Notes under the pieces: model-generated
Told to the model about the DNA's origin: nothing
The model's database searches: none
Seen by the model: only the letters and a program-made list of their open reading frames with translations
Part shown: positions 12,778-25,100 of the stretch, in pieces
Layout: every line of letters starts with the position of its first letter
Position numbering within the stretch: position 1 is the stretch's first letter
Origin: Balanoglossus misakiensis
Lineage: Eukaryota; Animalia; Hemichordata
Assembly (NCBI GenBank): GCA_040954595.2
Contig: CM082580.2
Coordinates: forward strand, 10,146,390-10,210,389
Length of the DNA: 64,000 nucleotides
Reading direction: 5' to 3'
Program-made: the position numbers and the translations under genes

Positions 12778-15279
12778 TCATTCCAGATTTGGCGCCAAAA
12801 TGGCTCGTCCCTCGATCTCTCCGGCTTTCAGTTTATGGATGAGTCTGGGAGCTTCTTCCAGTTTGAACACTTCGAAAGGTATGGTACTTACCTGAAATAA
12901 GTAAATGAATAAACAAATAAATTTCACGAAATAAAAAACCTTCAGAAGCTCACAGTTCAAGGATGAAAACATTTGAGGTGCATATTCGGCCCTTCACGCT
13001 TTCCGACTTGACCGGAAACGGAAGTGGGTTTGCCACTGATCGCAGTGCGATTGCATGCAATTATCATCTCACCTTTCCGCTGGCAACAAGTGCGATAAGC
13101 TGTTTCATTTGCTGGAGACTGCCCGTGTATATCCCGTGTATGTTGTGAGCGCCAACAACCGCGTTGTACACTGGCAGCTCAATCTTACCGCCGAACAAAC
13201 CAATGCAAAGGATAGTGCCGGTCTGAAAAAAATAAGGTTATTATATGCATATAACTCAGTAAATCCACCGGACACTTTCCATAATCACGGTCACTTCACA
13301 TAGGGACCGAGCAGTAATCGACAGTAGTTTCTCATTCTCAGATCGCGGGAAAAACACATTACCTTCTTCAGTGATTTGTAAGCAATTTTGAAGGTTTCAT
13401 TGGTACCAACGAAATCGGCGACGATGTGAGGTCCTCCCTCGTGGAACGCGGACTTGACTTTTTGGATCTTCTCTTCTTCGGAATCGGTTTTCTTCAACTG
13501 GACGACGCCGTGACAACCGGCCTCCTTGGCTAAAACGAGCTTATTTTCCTGGAAATATACGTCATTTCACCATCAGGAAACATATTGGTACAGAGATCGC
13601 ACATGCGCAATGAAGACGACTGCATGTTTTACCTTTACGCCACTGTTTCATCATGATTATCTTTACAGATAAATCTAGAGTAATCGAGATTGTGTGATTA
13701 CATCTTGCTTCATCATCAATTAAGTCAAATTGCGAAGATGAGAAAGAGTTGGAACTTACAAGGACGTCAGCACAAATCAACTCGACGTTGTCATACTTGG
13801 AAAGGGCCAGCGATTTCATCAAGTTGATGGCGGTCAACCCCAGTCCTCCTGCTCCGATAATTAGTATTCCGCATTTATCTATAAGGAGAACAAATCGAGA
13901 TTTCTGGTTTTGAGATTGTCGACTTCAAGTTGCAAGTTCCCGTGTGGTCATATTGAGAAAGAAAACACATTGATTCAGTTCTAGTTCGAAAAGTAAAACA
14001 ATGGAAATAATGCAGCTCGTTGGCCAATCATGATGTGAAAAACTCACCTCTCATTGCCAACACCGGGTCAATGTACTTCAAGGCGGACTGGACAGCGTTG
14101 TAAGCCGTCAGCATTCCACATGCCATCATTCCAGCTGTTTCCATGACAACGGAATCGGGTACTTTGACGACAAAAGTCAACTTAGGCACAGCTACGTATT
14201 GAGCATACCTAGAGCGAGACGCAATGGTGAATATTAGGCTTTAGCTTTCCCTATAATCATGAAAATATATTTATACGCATTCAGCATTTGCATCACGAGT
14301 AAAACTGACTTATAAACAATCTTACAATCTTAGAAAGCAAGACATTTACATACACACACACATACATACATACAGACAGACAGGCAAGCAGACGAAACAA
14401 ACAAAGAAACCGACAGCAGGTGCATAGATATGTAAGAAATTTACCCTCCATCTTTAGTGATCCCAAGCTCCGTCTGCTGTAGGGATGGCAGATCGCAGTA
14501 GACTTCTTCTCCCGCGCGACACGGTTTGCAACCTTCACAACCGATCCACGGGTAGACAACCACCTGGTCTCCAACTGCCAATGCATCGGGATTGGATGCC
14601 GATTCACCAATAGCGTCGATGCTCCCCGCAATCTCGTGACCTAGCGCAGTGAGGGTCAGCAAATGGATCATGTTGAAACACAGGCTCCTTACCCAATGTT
14701 TGGGGAAACGTAAAAACCCAAGATAACCAAACAGAATGCCGAAAGATGGCGACTTCGTACCCGTGCAAAAATATGGTGTAGGCCAATCTTACCTAAAATC
14801 AATGGCAAAAATGGGGCTTTCGACCACATCATGACATCAGAGCGACACATTCCAGTGAACAGCACCTGATTATGCACAGGGAACATATGTTTAGTCCACA
14901 AAGAACAGGGTTACGGACCTCTTTTCTTTTTCAATAGACAGTGCATGTAACCCTTATATTTTGTTAGGTTATTAGGTCAGGGACCCGCCACTAAAATAAC
15001 CGTTTATCAGATTAACAATATTGGAAAAATAACCAAGAGCTACAGTTACTTCGTATTTCATAGCGGTATACTGTAATTGTTTTCCACGCCGTTTTCGCTT
15101 CATTTGCCTTCATTTAAGTTTTCCGGAAAGATGAGAGTTTTCAGACGGCAACAAACCTTTACTAGTGCACCTTCTGGTGGTACGGCGGGAATGGGTTCGG
15201 CGTCGACAAACTGGAGCTCGACTGGAAATAGGTCAACCATTTTGACACACTTCATAGTTCCAGGGTCGCGGTCTGCCAT
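12778..15279 (-). CDS. Zn-dependent medium-chain alcohol dehydrogenase (MDR family, 373 aa)
   Basis: Minus-strand exons 15279-15157, 14865-14793 (GMCRSD), 14640-14445 (GHEIAG; YPWIGCEGCKPC..YC structural Zn), 14208-14048 (MACGMLTAY), 13878-13760 (GAGGLG..ADV, NAD-type), 13548-13363, 13222-13073, 12891-12778 (IEGRAIL). 1122 nt in frame. Confidence 0.92.
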
Positions 15280-15859
15280 TATTTTCGTCTGGTTTTGGGG
15301 AAAAAAAGAATATTATAGGAAGTCAGTGACTGGAAAACATCAAGATCAGACGTTCAGCATTGGATCTGGTAACCGTGACAGAAGCTAATGTTAGAACTCA
15401 CATCAACACAAGTTCCAGTCCCTTGTCTATTTCGTATGGAGTCAGTCATGTGTACTTTCTTGGACGTCAAAACATAGTTAACCCCCCATCGAAAAATTGA
15501 ATTTGTTCCAGTGTTTGAGTCATTTTTCATGCATATACCTTGGCAAAATAATCATAAGTGCAATCACCTTGATCCTCAAGTTCAACCGAGATGTCTGTGA
15601 CTGTGCCTCGTCTGGACTGTAGGTACTTTGGGTGTGACTCTGTCTGACGCTGAGAGATTGTGGTGAGCGCTATGACCCGTGCATGACATTACCACTGACC
15701 TGCTGTTTTGCTCAAGTGTCAATGAGACACTTTTTATGTTCAATCAGTGCTTCCACCTTTAACTCTTGAAGTTGGAAATGTCTAATGCTGATTTAAATGC
15801 ACTGGTCATATATAGAGACAATCAAAGAGACACTCTGTGGCCCACAGTCAGTCTTTCAC

Positions 15860-15938
15860 TCATTCATTCATTCATTCATTCATTCATTCATTCATTCATT
15901 CAGTAAGTCAGTCGGTCAGTCAGTCAGTCAGTCAGTCA
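15860..15938. repeat. Compound microsatellite (TTCA)n/(AGTC)n
   Basis: About 10 TTCA units followed by CAGT units. Confidence 0.85.
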
Positions 15939-16184
15939 ATCGATCGAACAACCTATCAACCTTGACTTTTACATGGAATATTTTATTTTCATGCGTTTGA
16001 CTTAGAAATTAACATAAAACTCAGTAAAACAAAACGGGTACGGGTAAATCATAAAAACTACGCAAGATTTTAGATTATTTCATATAATATGCTAATAGAT
16101 TGTGAATAATGAAAGCTTTCTTGTGTCCCCGAAATCATACTTCAACGGAACAATTATAGGAAAATTGGTGATTTTTGCCGAGAT

Positions 16185-16203
16185 GGGCGCCACCTAGTGG
16201 TCA
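16185..16203 (-). promoter_or_regulatory. CTCF-like binding motif
   Basis: Minus strand TGACCACTAGGTGGCGCCC matches the CCASYAGRKGGCR consensus. Confidence 0.5.
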
Positions 16204-16322
16204 AACTTAGGCAAATCTTACAACGGTCATCGCGACGCGGTTACAGTACTACAATGTCTTAAAATATCAAAATATTACATTAAGTTTGTCTATAGTTATG
16301 GAATTGTTCTAGAAACACTAGT

Positions 16323-16532
16323 TCAGCAGCTTTCCCCCTTAACCATCTTCTGTGCCGTCCACTCGGGAAACTGGACCACTTTCAGGAGGAGGTCGCAGAG
16401 TCGCTTGCAAAACTCTATGCAAACACCGAACGGCAGGCAGATGATGTAGAACCACGCCACGAACAGCGCCACCGGCCATGATATGAAGATGAGACACAGT
16501 AACCAGAGGATGGTCCACAGTACATTACCCAT
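16323..16532 (-). CDS. Small Cys-rich membrane protein, paralogue 1 (69 aa)
   Basis: MGNVLWTILWLLCLIFISWPVALFVAWFYIICLPFGVCIEFC..KVVQFPEWTAQKMVKGESC. Single coding exon after an acceptor at ~16543; strong protein-level similarity to 19133-19372 with synonymous divergence. Confidence 0.85.
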   Translation of the reverse strand: MGNVLWTILWLLCLIFISWPVALFVAWFYIICLPFGVCIEFCKRLCDLLLKVVQFPEWTAQKMVKGESC

Positions 16533-19132
16533 GATGCTTTGATCTGCGAAGAGAAGCGAGAAAGTTTGCAATCCGATTAGTATTGGCCAATACAGTTAGT
16601 CAACTATATATAGTTCTGTAGTTGAGAAGCGTGTAGGGTTTTCATGACTCTGCGCCAGATTTATTTCAGTTCAAACATGAGTGTTGCGTACTCGGACAAT
16701 GCGGGTAGGATAGAATATGGCGAACGTGCCCGAGCTATAAATAAACTTGACAACCCGTAATATATGCAATAAATGAAAAATATGGGGTCACATGCTTACA
16801 TGTCAGTCGTTTCTCTAGCGTTAATCAGCCGACAGGTGCCAGGGCGCCAAAATGGAACCGCTCAAGCCAGACGACGGTAATACACGCCCCTGCAAGCAAA
16901 CGAGAAGTGGTTATTGCATAATCTGATTGTGTACATTTTGTCAATATCAAATTTGGACTTGACCTGTTGCTCACCCGTTGCCCCGGGTCACCCGCCCACG
17001 AGCTCATAGGAGAAATAACTCGAGTCAATGAGTTTTAACTGTCAAAAAAGTAGACATTTTGTCGTTCAGACCTGAGATTAGTCTTCGTGGAATTTGGGCT
17101 GTCTTCTCAGACGCATACTAACGTTCAACTTGGTGATCTGCGTTACCATAGCGTATTTCTCAGTTGTGTTGAGGCAAAAAGTAGATAAAAAATCTCGCTT
17201 GGTGACATCGATTTTGCTTGATTACAACTACCCAGAAACCCTTTTCGGTAAAACTTTGGTCTCAATGAAAGGGTACGCGTCATAAATTTAATTTGAACTC
17301 TCAACTGTAGTCAGGGACAGCACAGTCGAATTTATAACCGTCTCATAAACACAATATTCTTTCTAAATCACTTAATGCCTGGCTGGACACTGGTATAGGT
17401 TATTTCTTGTCGTATGACCTCGGTTACCATGGCTACGTCCACTGGCTCTTAATATTGTCCGGCGACAGTTCAAGACTGTCCAAGAGCTGTGTTTACTTTT
17501 AATCGTTACAAATATCAACGCCTTCAAAGCATATTGGTTACGTAAGTTCAGCTGTGGCATGTGGCAAGAAACTGCGGCATTTTTGGAAGCCTGGAGACAA
17601 GGGCGATACAGCCAACTTTCTCTGCTGTGTGGTAAGCCATGGTCCGAACGCATATCAAAATTGCCCCGTTCATTCTGCAGCTGTCGAGTATTTATGTGTA
17701 CACAGTACCATATATCATGCTCACAACCCTCTATTTGCTTAAAATGGTTGCTTTGGACAATTAAAGTACCCCTCCCTGTGTTTATTTAACTGAAAATATT
17801 CAAAGTCGAAACGGGCACGAAAAATATGTGAACCTACAGACCATAAAAGTGCACACATCTTACATTAGAAACAGTGTCTGATCCCGGTTGAACCAAAGAG
17901 TGAGACCACTAAGTAAGCAACAGTGTCGTTCGTGGCCTAGTAGGTTATATGTACAGTACCAGGCGAGCAACAAGGTGTGTCGGTTGAGTTTGCCAATATG
18001 TGTACTGGTACCTGCAATGAAAGGATAGGTGTGTGTGTGTGTGCCCAATTTTGCGTATAGAATAGGTCCACTATTGTCCGTACTTACCAATGAATATAGC
18101 TTCAGCCTCTGTTGTAAGATTGACCTTGGTATAGCTGGTAATTATGCAGGAACTATAAGTTGGTCATGTCAAGTGCGATCTTCCGTTGTCAATGCACTGG
18201 TACTGTATGCACACTTGGTATGAGAGTGTACCTGTTCGACACTTGTTATAAATATCTCACTCATGTGGTTGACTTCAGTACACTTAAATGACCGACAGGG
18301 GGCGCAAGCATGCATGCGTCCATGCACCAACACACCCGGCACGAACGCTTCGTCTCGGTTGTTCACGGCAATGTTTTAGGCTAAATGTCTGTTAGTATTT
18401 TATGAATTTCCATTGAACCATAGACAGTAGGAGGCCACTTCTACTGTCAATGTTACACAGGCATAATTATGTTGCTCGGAAAACCGTTCGAAAGTTTTAA
18501 TTCACCGATATGTCGTTAAAAAGGACAGAAAGCGACTCGACCATCAAGGGACAAAACAGAAGTGTGTCAAATATCTTCAGACGAGAATGACAAATACATA
18601 TAATGTGGCTTCTTGCCATGAAACTAAAAAATTACCTGATTGATTTCAACATAATACATCGCAAATTATCATATACGTGTAATACCTTGGTTTGCAGAAA
18701 GCTTAGAAGGCAGCTCTTCTATTGTTAGGTCAACTCTGTTCGACTATTAAAGCATCAGCTCGCAGTATCAAGAGATTGTTCCAGTTTAAAGAAATGCTCA
18801 CAATTGACAGTTCAACCTCTATTTGAACATTTATATTATGCTATACTCCAGGAGTTGAACGCAGCGACGAAAAGTGCAGAAAGAGTAAAAATAGACCATG
18901 TTTAAATTTCAAAAGTGAAACCAAATACAAGAAAATCCAAGAAAGTTGTGCATTGTCGTCTCTCTCTCTCTCCGTGAAAAGAAAAAAAAGACTGGCAAGA
19001 AATGTTTGTTATAAAATCGTGCTGAAAATTAAATACATCGAGTACAAAAGTCTTGTTTCATTTTAATTGATTTCGGTGCGATCTGTTGAAGAATTGACAT
19101 TTCAGTTACCATGGTGACGGATGTGTTCGTCT

Positions 19133-19372
19133 CTACTGAGCCGCGGACCCGGAGGAGCCGCATCCTTCGCCCTTCATCATCTTCCTCGCCGTCCACTCGG
19201 GGAACTGCACCACCTTGAGGAGAAGCTCGCAGAGTTTCACGCAGAACTCGGCGCAAACGCAGAACGGCAGGCAGATGACGTAGAACCAGGCGGTGAAGAG
19301 CGCCACCGGCCACGCGATAAACACCAGGCAGAGGAACCAGAGTACCCCCCAGAGAATTTGCATACCACCCAT
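19133..19372 (-). CDS. Small Cys-rich membrane protein, paralogue 2 (79 aa)
   Basis: MGGMQILWGVLWFLCLVFIAWPVALFTAWFYVICLPFCVCAEFC..KVVQFPEWTARKMMKGEGC. GC3-rich codons, acceptor ttttacag at ~19420, clear paralogue of 16323-16532. Confidence 0.85.
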   Translation of the reverse strand: MGGMQILWGVLWFLCLVFIAWPVALFTAWFYVICLPFCVCAEFCVKLCELLLKVVQFPEWTARKMMKGEGCGSSGSAAQ

Positions 19373-22127
19373 ATTTGGTCTTGTCCGGTGACGCGGCGAT
19401 TGGTTGATTCAGCAGTCCGCCTGTAAAATAATGAAAGGGGGAGCTTGTGATTTATATAGTCATGAAAAGGGTTCTGTCTGTACTATTTTTGAATTGTCAC
19501 ATTCTTGTTGTCATATAAATAGGTATTCTTTGTTTGTGATATACATGTATACATGTACATGTAGTACGTTTAAATTCCATTAATTCTGTCGTAACCGAGG
19601 GAATGGGGTGTATCTAATCAGTGTGACCTCGTCCAGGTCAAGAACTGTACTTAACATCCATCACTGGTTGGTTGTCTGTTGATCACGTGATATCACATAC
19701 CAACTCACGCCCGATGTTGGTGCGTTAATGGTCGACGATTTGAAGATATTCTGCTGGTATCTTCGCGCCCAAGTATAAACACATGAGATCTACGTGTACC
19801 GTGGATAAATTTATCTTGGCTTTAGTTTTAGTAACTAGACTGTATTGGTAAGATCATAGATGGCCGGTCAAAAATATATTGTTCTTTGGCATTAAGTGAT
19901 GGGGTAAAAGCCACTGTAGTTGAAGTTTGATGTTGAAGTAGATCGACAAGCTGCTACATGTATCAGTACAATTGGCCTTGGTATATGAACGGGTCACTAA
20001 ACCCAGAAATGGGTGATCTGAATCACGTGCATCTCCAGGTCTGCGGTTATGCGTTTTTTTTTTCTTTCAAAAATTAGAAATAGTCTATTCATCAGTAGTG
20101 TTCAGTACGCGGCGACTTCCTTCCAATTAATACTGCTGCTTTACTCCCGGAACCTAATTATTACAAATCTCTCCGTGCACGACTTCGACTCGCCCACCAG
20201 CAGGTTGCCTACCAAGCCCTGTGGGCGCCGCTGGTGGATTTATGCAAATTAACATGAGTGGGAGTGGCCTTTGACCATTCAAACTCCACATGCCATCCTA
20301 CACACGTACCATTGACACTGTACTGGACTACTATTTAGGTCATCACTATTCTCATATCGGCGGTTTTATATGAAGGGCGTTCTCGTTTAAAACCATCTTC
20401 TTGTCAATTTCAGATGATGACTTATTATTTTTTTGCACGCACAAAACGGGGGAAAATCAAGTTTACGAATCAGATGCAAGCAGACTTGATTGCAGATTGG
20501 TATTCTCAATGGATAACTCAATATATCCTTTATTACATTCACACGTAATTCTCAATTTTCAATCAACCATGGTCTGGTATATCTTAAGTTGGCCGGTAGT
20601 TCGAATTATTAAAAGTCTAGATCTACTACTGTATAATTCCCCGTGGAATTGCCGAGTAGCAATATATTGAACCCCGATTCAGACCACACTCGGTGGATTT
20701 AGACACGCGGAAATTATCTTAAAATATAAAAAAAGAGGTCTGCGGTAGACAATATAAAATCAATTTCTTACCGTTTGTGATTTCTGAGCAACAGGTGGTC
20801 GTTTCCACGAGATTGGTTAAACCCGTTTAGTAATCGATATTTGTAGCAAACAGCGCCGGGAAGTTGGAATTCTCCGCTGAGAGGGAGCTGGTCGGAAATA
20901 TGAATATTGGGAGTTGTCCTCTGTGTCCTCGAGAAGATATGGGTTTTATTTATTTTTTTAAACATTAACTTTATTAGTGGTGTCATCTGTGCAAAGTTCG
21001 CGGCTAGGCCGACCCCACAGCGCCACCAAATTTATTTTAAAAAAACCGAAAGAATTTGTGAGTTATAATGTTGGTGGCGGTTTTGTACAGCGTGTATGCT
21101 CGGACTTGGGTTGTCAATGGACGACGTCACGTAATCACGCCCCATCCTCCTCTACGTTGATGATTACGTCACCATTGTCAGCAACTAACTGTTCAATCAA
21201 TAAGAAAGTCTTTTCATCCTTTCTTAATACAGGACAAAGCTATTGTTTTCGGAAGGCGCAGTGGAAGTCTGACCGCTCACGTAAAATTTTGGACTTTTAT
21301 CGAGACTTCGGAGACTTGGTGTTTTGGATCGGGGGAGAAGTCCATACTTGACGTCACATTCTCAAACCGTCGCTTCAAGCCCCGTCTCTCACCGGTGTTA
21401 TTCGGCAGTTCCATATTAAAACACCCAGACGTTATCTTTGAGAACACGATGTTGTGCGCGGTCAGATGGACATTCTCAACGGGGGCGTTCTGTCTGGACG
21501 CTGAAGGTGGGTATGAGAGACGTCGGAGCGTGGAGAATAGCATTGCATACTCGATTCGAAAACTTTCTTGTGTTATGACATCCCGGCCTACAACCCGCAA
21601 AACAGATCGATGGCGGACGTGCTCCTTGGCTGATGACGACGGATGACATCGACGCGGTTGAGCCAAACGCGTAGATATTGATTTTAGCAACTTTTCACAT
21701 TTCATTTTATCGGCATAATGAACTAGTTTACTACAGGCCGCCGAATGCGGTTTCGACAAATGTGTCCATGAAACAGTTTTATTCACCGTGACGACACGGC
21801 ATATTATCTGTTAGGAAACCACGTAGAACTTTACGCTATTGCTTTAAGTATAGGGTTATGTAATGTTAGCCAAGATCGTGGTATTGTCATCATCTTTGAA
21901 ATCGAACCAAAGGATAAAAGATCTAAAACGTCTCTTTTGTTTACCCCCAGTCTATATTTGGTCTCGCTTTCTTCAAGTTACACCGGAGACGTCGTCACTT
22001 GTCTGATATGGCTTTCTGCCTGCCTGTCCGTCCCTCGGGCTGAGTTTGTTTGGATATCGATATTAATTTTCTTCGCTTCAGTTGACAATGTCTTTCTAAA
22101 CTTAAAATTAACAGATTACTCCACGTG

Positions 22128-25100
22128 ATGACAAACTTCAACGGAGGGTTTATCTACGATTCATCCCTGCCTGGCGCGCCGGAACTTTACGAAGACGCGC
22201 CCGGCACCCGTCGTTCGCAGAAGTCGGTCATGTTTGAGCTGAATGCCAAACTGGAGAAGGCTCAGATGGGTGACGACATCCAGTACAAATCTCCGTCGCG
22301 TGTCCCGTCCCGGCTGGGGGATCTGGACGAAGACGACGCCGAGGGACTCGGTTTGCGGAAAATTCTGTTCGACTTCGGGGACTACGTCTCGGCGGCCGGA
22401 CTGCCCAGGGTTTTCACGGAGCGCTCGACCAAGTGGGGCCGCCTGCTCTACGCGGTCGTGTTTCTGGCGTCGTTCAGCACTTCGCTGTACTACAGTATTG
22501 AGATCATACGAGAGTACTACAGGTACCCCACGACGGTGAAAGTCGAATTTCACAAGGACTCCAAGATGGATTTCCCTTCGGTGACAGTGTGTAACACGAA
22601 CAGGGTGCGGTACAGTGCTATCCTGCAAAGCAAGCACAGCGATCTGGAGTACCTTCTGTCGGACAGAAGCCTGGGAGGCTTGTACTATCGTGAGTAGTTC
22701 AAGTAAAGTTCGCTGTGAACGTAGAATTCACCTCATGAACAGAGAGAAAAAAATGTGCATTTTATTCCCATTCCTTTTCATGATCTTGTGTGTAATACAG
22801 CTGGAAAAGGATGCGCTCTTCTCTTTATGAAAGTGGTTTCTCCCTATAGCTTGTATACGTGTAGCAATCATTGTATAGTACATCCCTCCAACCTATTGAA
22901 ATCACCCAATTCTGATTACCCCGATCTTCAGCTCCCTGCCTGGCAGACGACATGCTGTGTGCCAACGACGAATGTCTTCGCCGCTTCAAAGTTTGTGACG
23001 GGATTCGCGATTGTGACGATGGCGGAGACGAGGAGAACTGTTACTATGGTAAATGCTTCTCTCGCGTTCATTTTCCCCTTGATCATTGATCAATTATTTT
23101 ATCCTAAACAAAATTATCGTGATCGCAAATTTCCCCCTTTTTACGACCGTGCTGCAACAACCGTTTTCATTGTACAGGGACTTGTGGGTACCGCCAGCAT
23201 CGCTGTGACACTGGGGGCGACCGTGGATATTGCATCAGTGATGAATATGTCTGTGACGGCAACGAAGACTGCTACGACCTTTCAGACGAGAGCGATTGCA
23301 GTGAGTAGAAAAAAATACATTTATGGCGGAATTGTCTTTCCTCTTTCGGTTCTTCATCATTCAGCCGAGAAAGGAGTAACTAAGTATAATTTTTGGCCAA
23401 ACAACGCCTTCTGTGGTTAATTTTGGCATAAACCTGATTCCTCCATTACATAACTACAGCAACTGATAATGTATTCAAGAAATGCTTATTTTATCTGAAA
23501 TACCGATAATTTCTGGGGGGGGGGGGGTTTCATACAAAGTTTTGAGACAGCTAGATTATCCAGTATAGTTTGGTTACATAAGGCGAATTATCATGTGCTG
23601 TCGGTGAACTCGCTTCAAAATAGTACAGCGCCCTCGAAACGAAGACGTTTGACTGAAAAAAGTTAGGTGTTAATTTTGGCCTTGATTACGCATGCGACAT
23701 GAGTGCGACTTTTACCGTTCACTTTTCATGTTGCAGGCGATAATTGCCAAGGATTCGCATGCGCAGATGGGTCAGATTGCCTATCGCTGGATGAAGAGTG
23801 TGACGGCACGGTTGACTGTACCGACGGCAGCGATGAGTCGAACTGCACAACATGTAAGTAGCTAGCGTGTGTTAAAGATGTATTTCAATATATTGATATC
23901 TCGGTGCAACTGTATCTCTGTGAGATCAATGTCAGAAGCAAGTTTCATCAGATTTGGTGCTGTGATTCTGTATATGTAGCACTATAGAGTTGTGCTTTTC
24001 CACGTGCTTCTGTGTTGGCCAACCATTACTTTCATCCATTGTCTTTTTCCCCACACAGCCTTCACATGCCCTTCCTACATGGTAAAGTGCGCCACCATCG
24101 ACGTCTGCATATACACGTCGTGGGTGTGTGACAACTACGCCGATTGCAGTGACAGAAGCGACGAGCCCCCTCAAGCGACATGTCCTACTCAAGGTGACGG
24201 CAAAATCTCACCACGCTCTATGTGCGGTGTGCAAAATCACGGAACACTATTAGATACAGCACGATAAAAGAGAGTTTATAGTGAATTCCCTTGAGTTTCA
24301 GAACGTTCTAAGTACATAAGCAATGTCCTCCACAAACCTCTATAACTGTGATGAAATAATCAACTAACTTTTATGTCATTTTCCCCAGCACAATCTGCAC
24401 GTAAACGTCGGAATGTTGTCACCAGTGGGCCAACGGCGTCATCTGCGGGTAGCTCCTGTTACTGGTGCGTTCCCAAATACGGCACGGACAACGTAACCAC
24501 CGAGTGTTTTCCAAGCTACTATGAATGTGATGGCTATGAAGATTGTCAAGGCGGCACTGATGAGAACAATTGCGGAACTATAACTTACAATTGTAAGTGA
24601 CTGTATTGATTGATTGATTGATTGGCGTTAAATTTCCATATTTTGAAATCTAAGGCTGCCCTGAAAATGTCACATACATGTATATACGTTTGTACCTGTA
24701 GGCCCCGTAGACCACTTTGCCTGTGACGATGGCACGTGTTTTCACGAACAGTTTATGTGCGATGGTTGGGATGACTGCACTTCCGGGTCTGACGAAAATA
24801 ACTGCGGTAAATGAAAATCTTCTCTGTAATAACGATTCGCTGGGTCTAATATAGTTAATAAACAAAAGATATATTTAAAAGAAACATAATTAGGGTAATA
24901 TATTCCCCTTTTCAACCTTTGCCAGAAAGTCCCAAGATTGCATGAAACCCAGAATGCCGCCTCATGGTGAACTCCGTTTACATTATTATTTTTCTCCAGG
25001 CGTAGTTTCAGCGGGGGATAACATAACTATCAGTGATTTGTTTCAAACTGGATGGAGTGACAGGTACCGTCATATCACCGACGATGAAGGCTTCTACTCG

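Noticed and set aside
16323-16328. C-terminal Cys-TGA as a selenocysteine motif
   Set aside because: No convincing SECIS (ATGA..AA..GA geometry) seen downstream; the paralogue has Gly at that position.
16644-16653. ARE/Nrf2-like ATGACTCTGC near the detox genes
   Set aside because: Short motif expected several times by chance in 64 kb.
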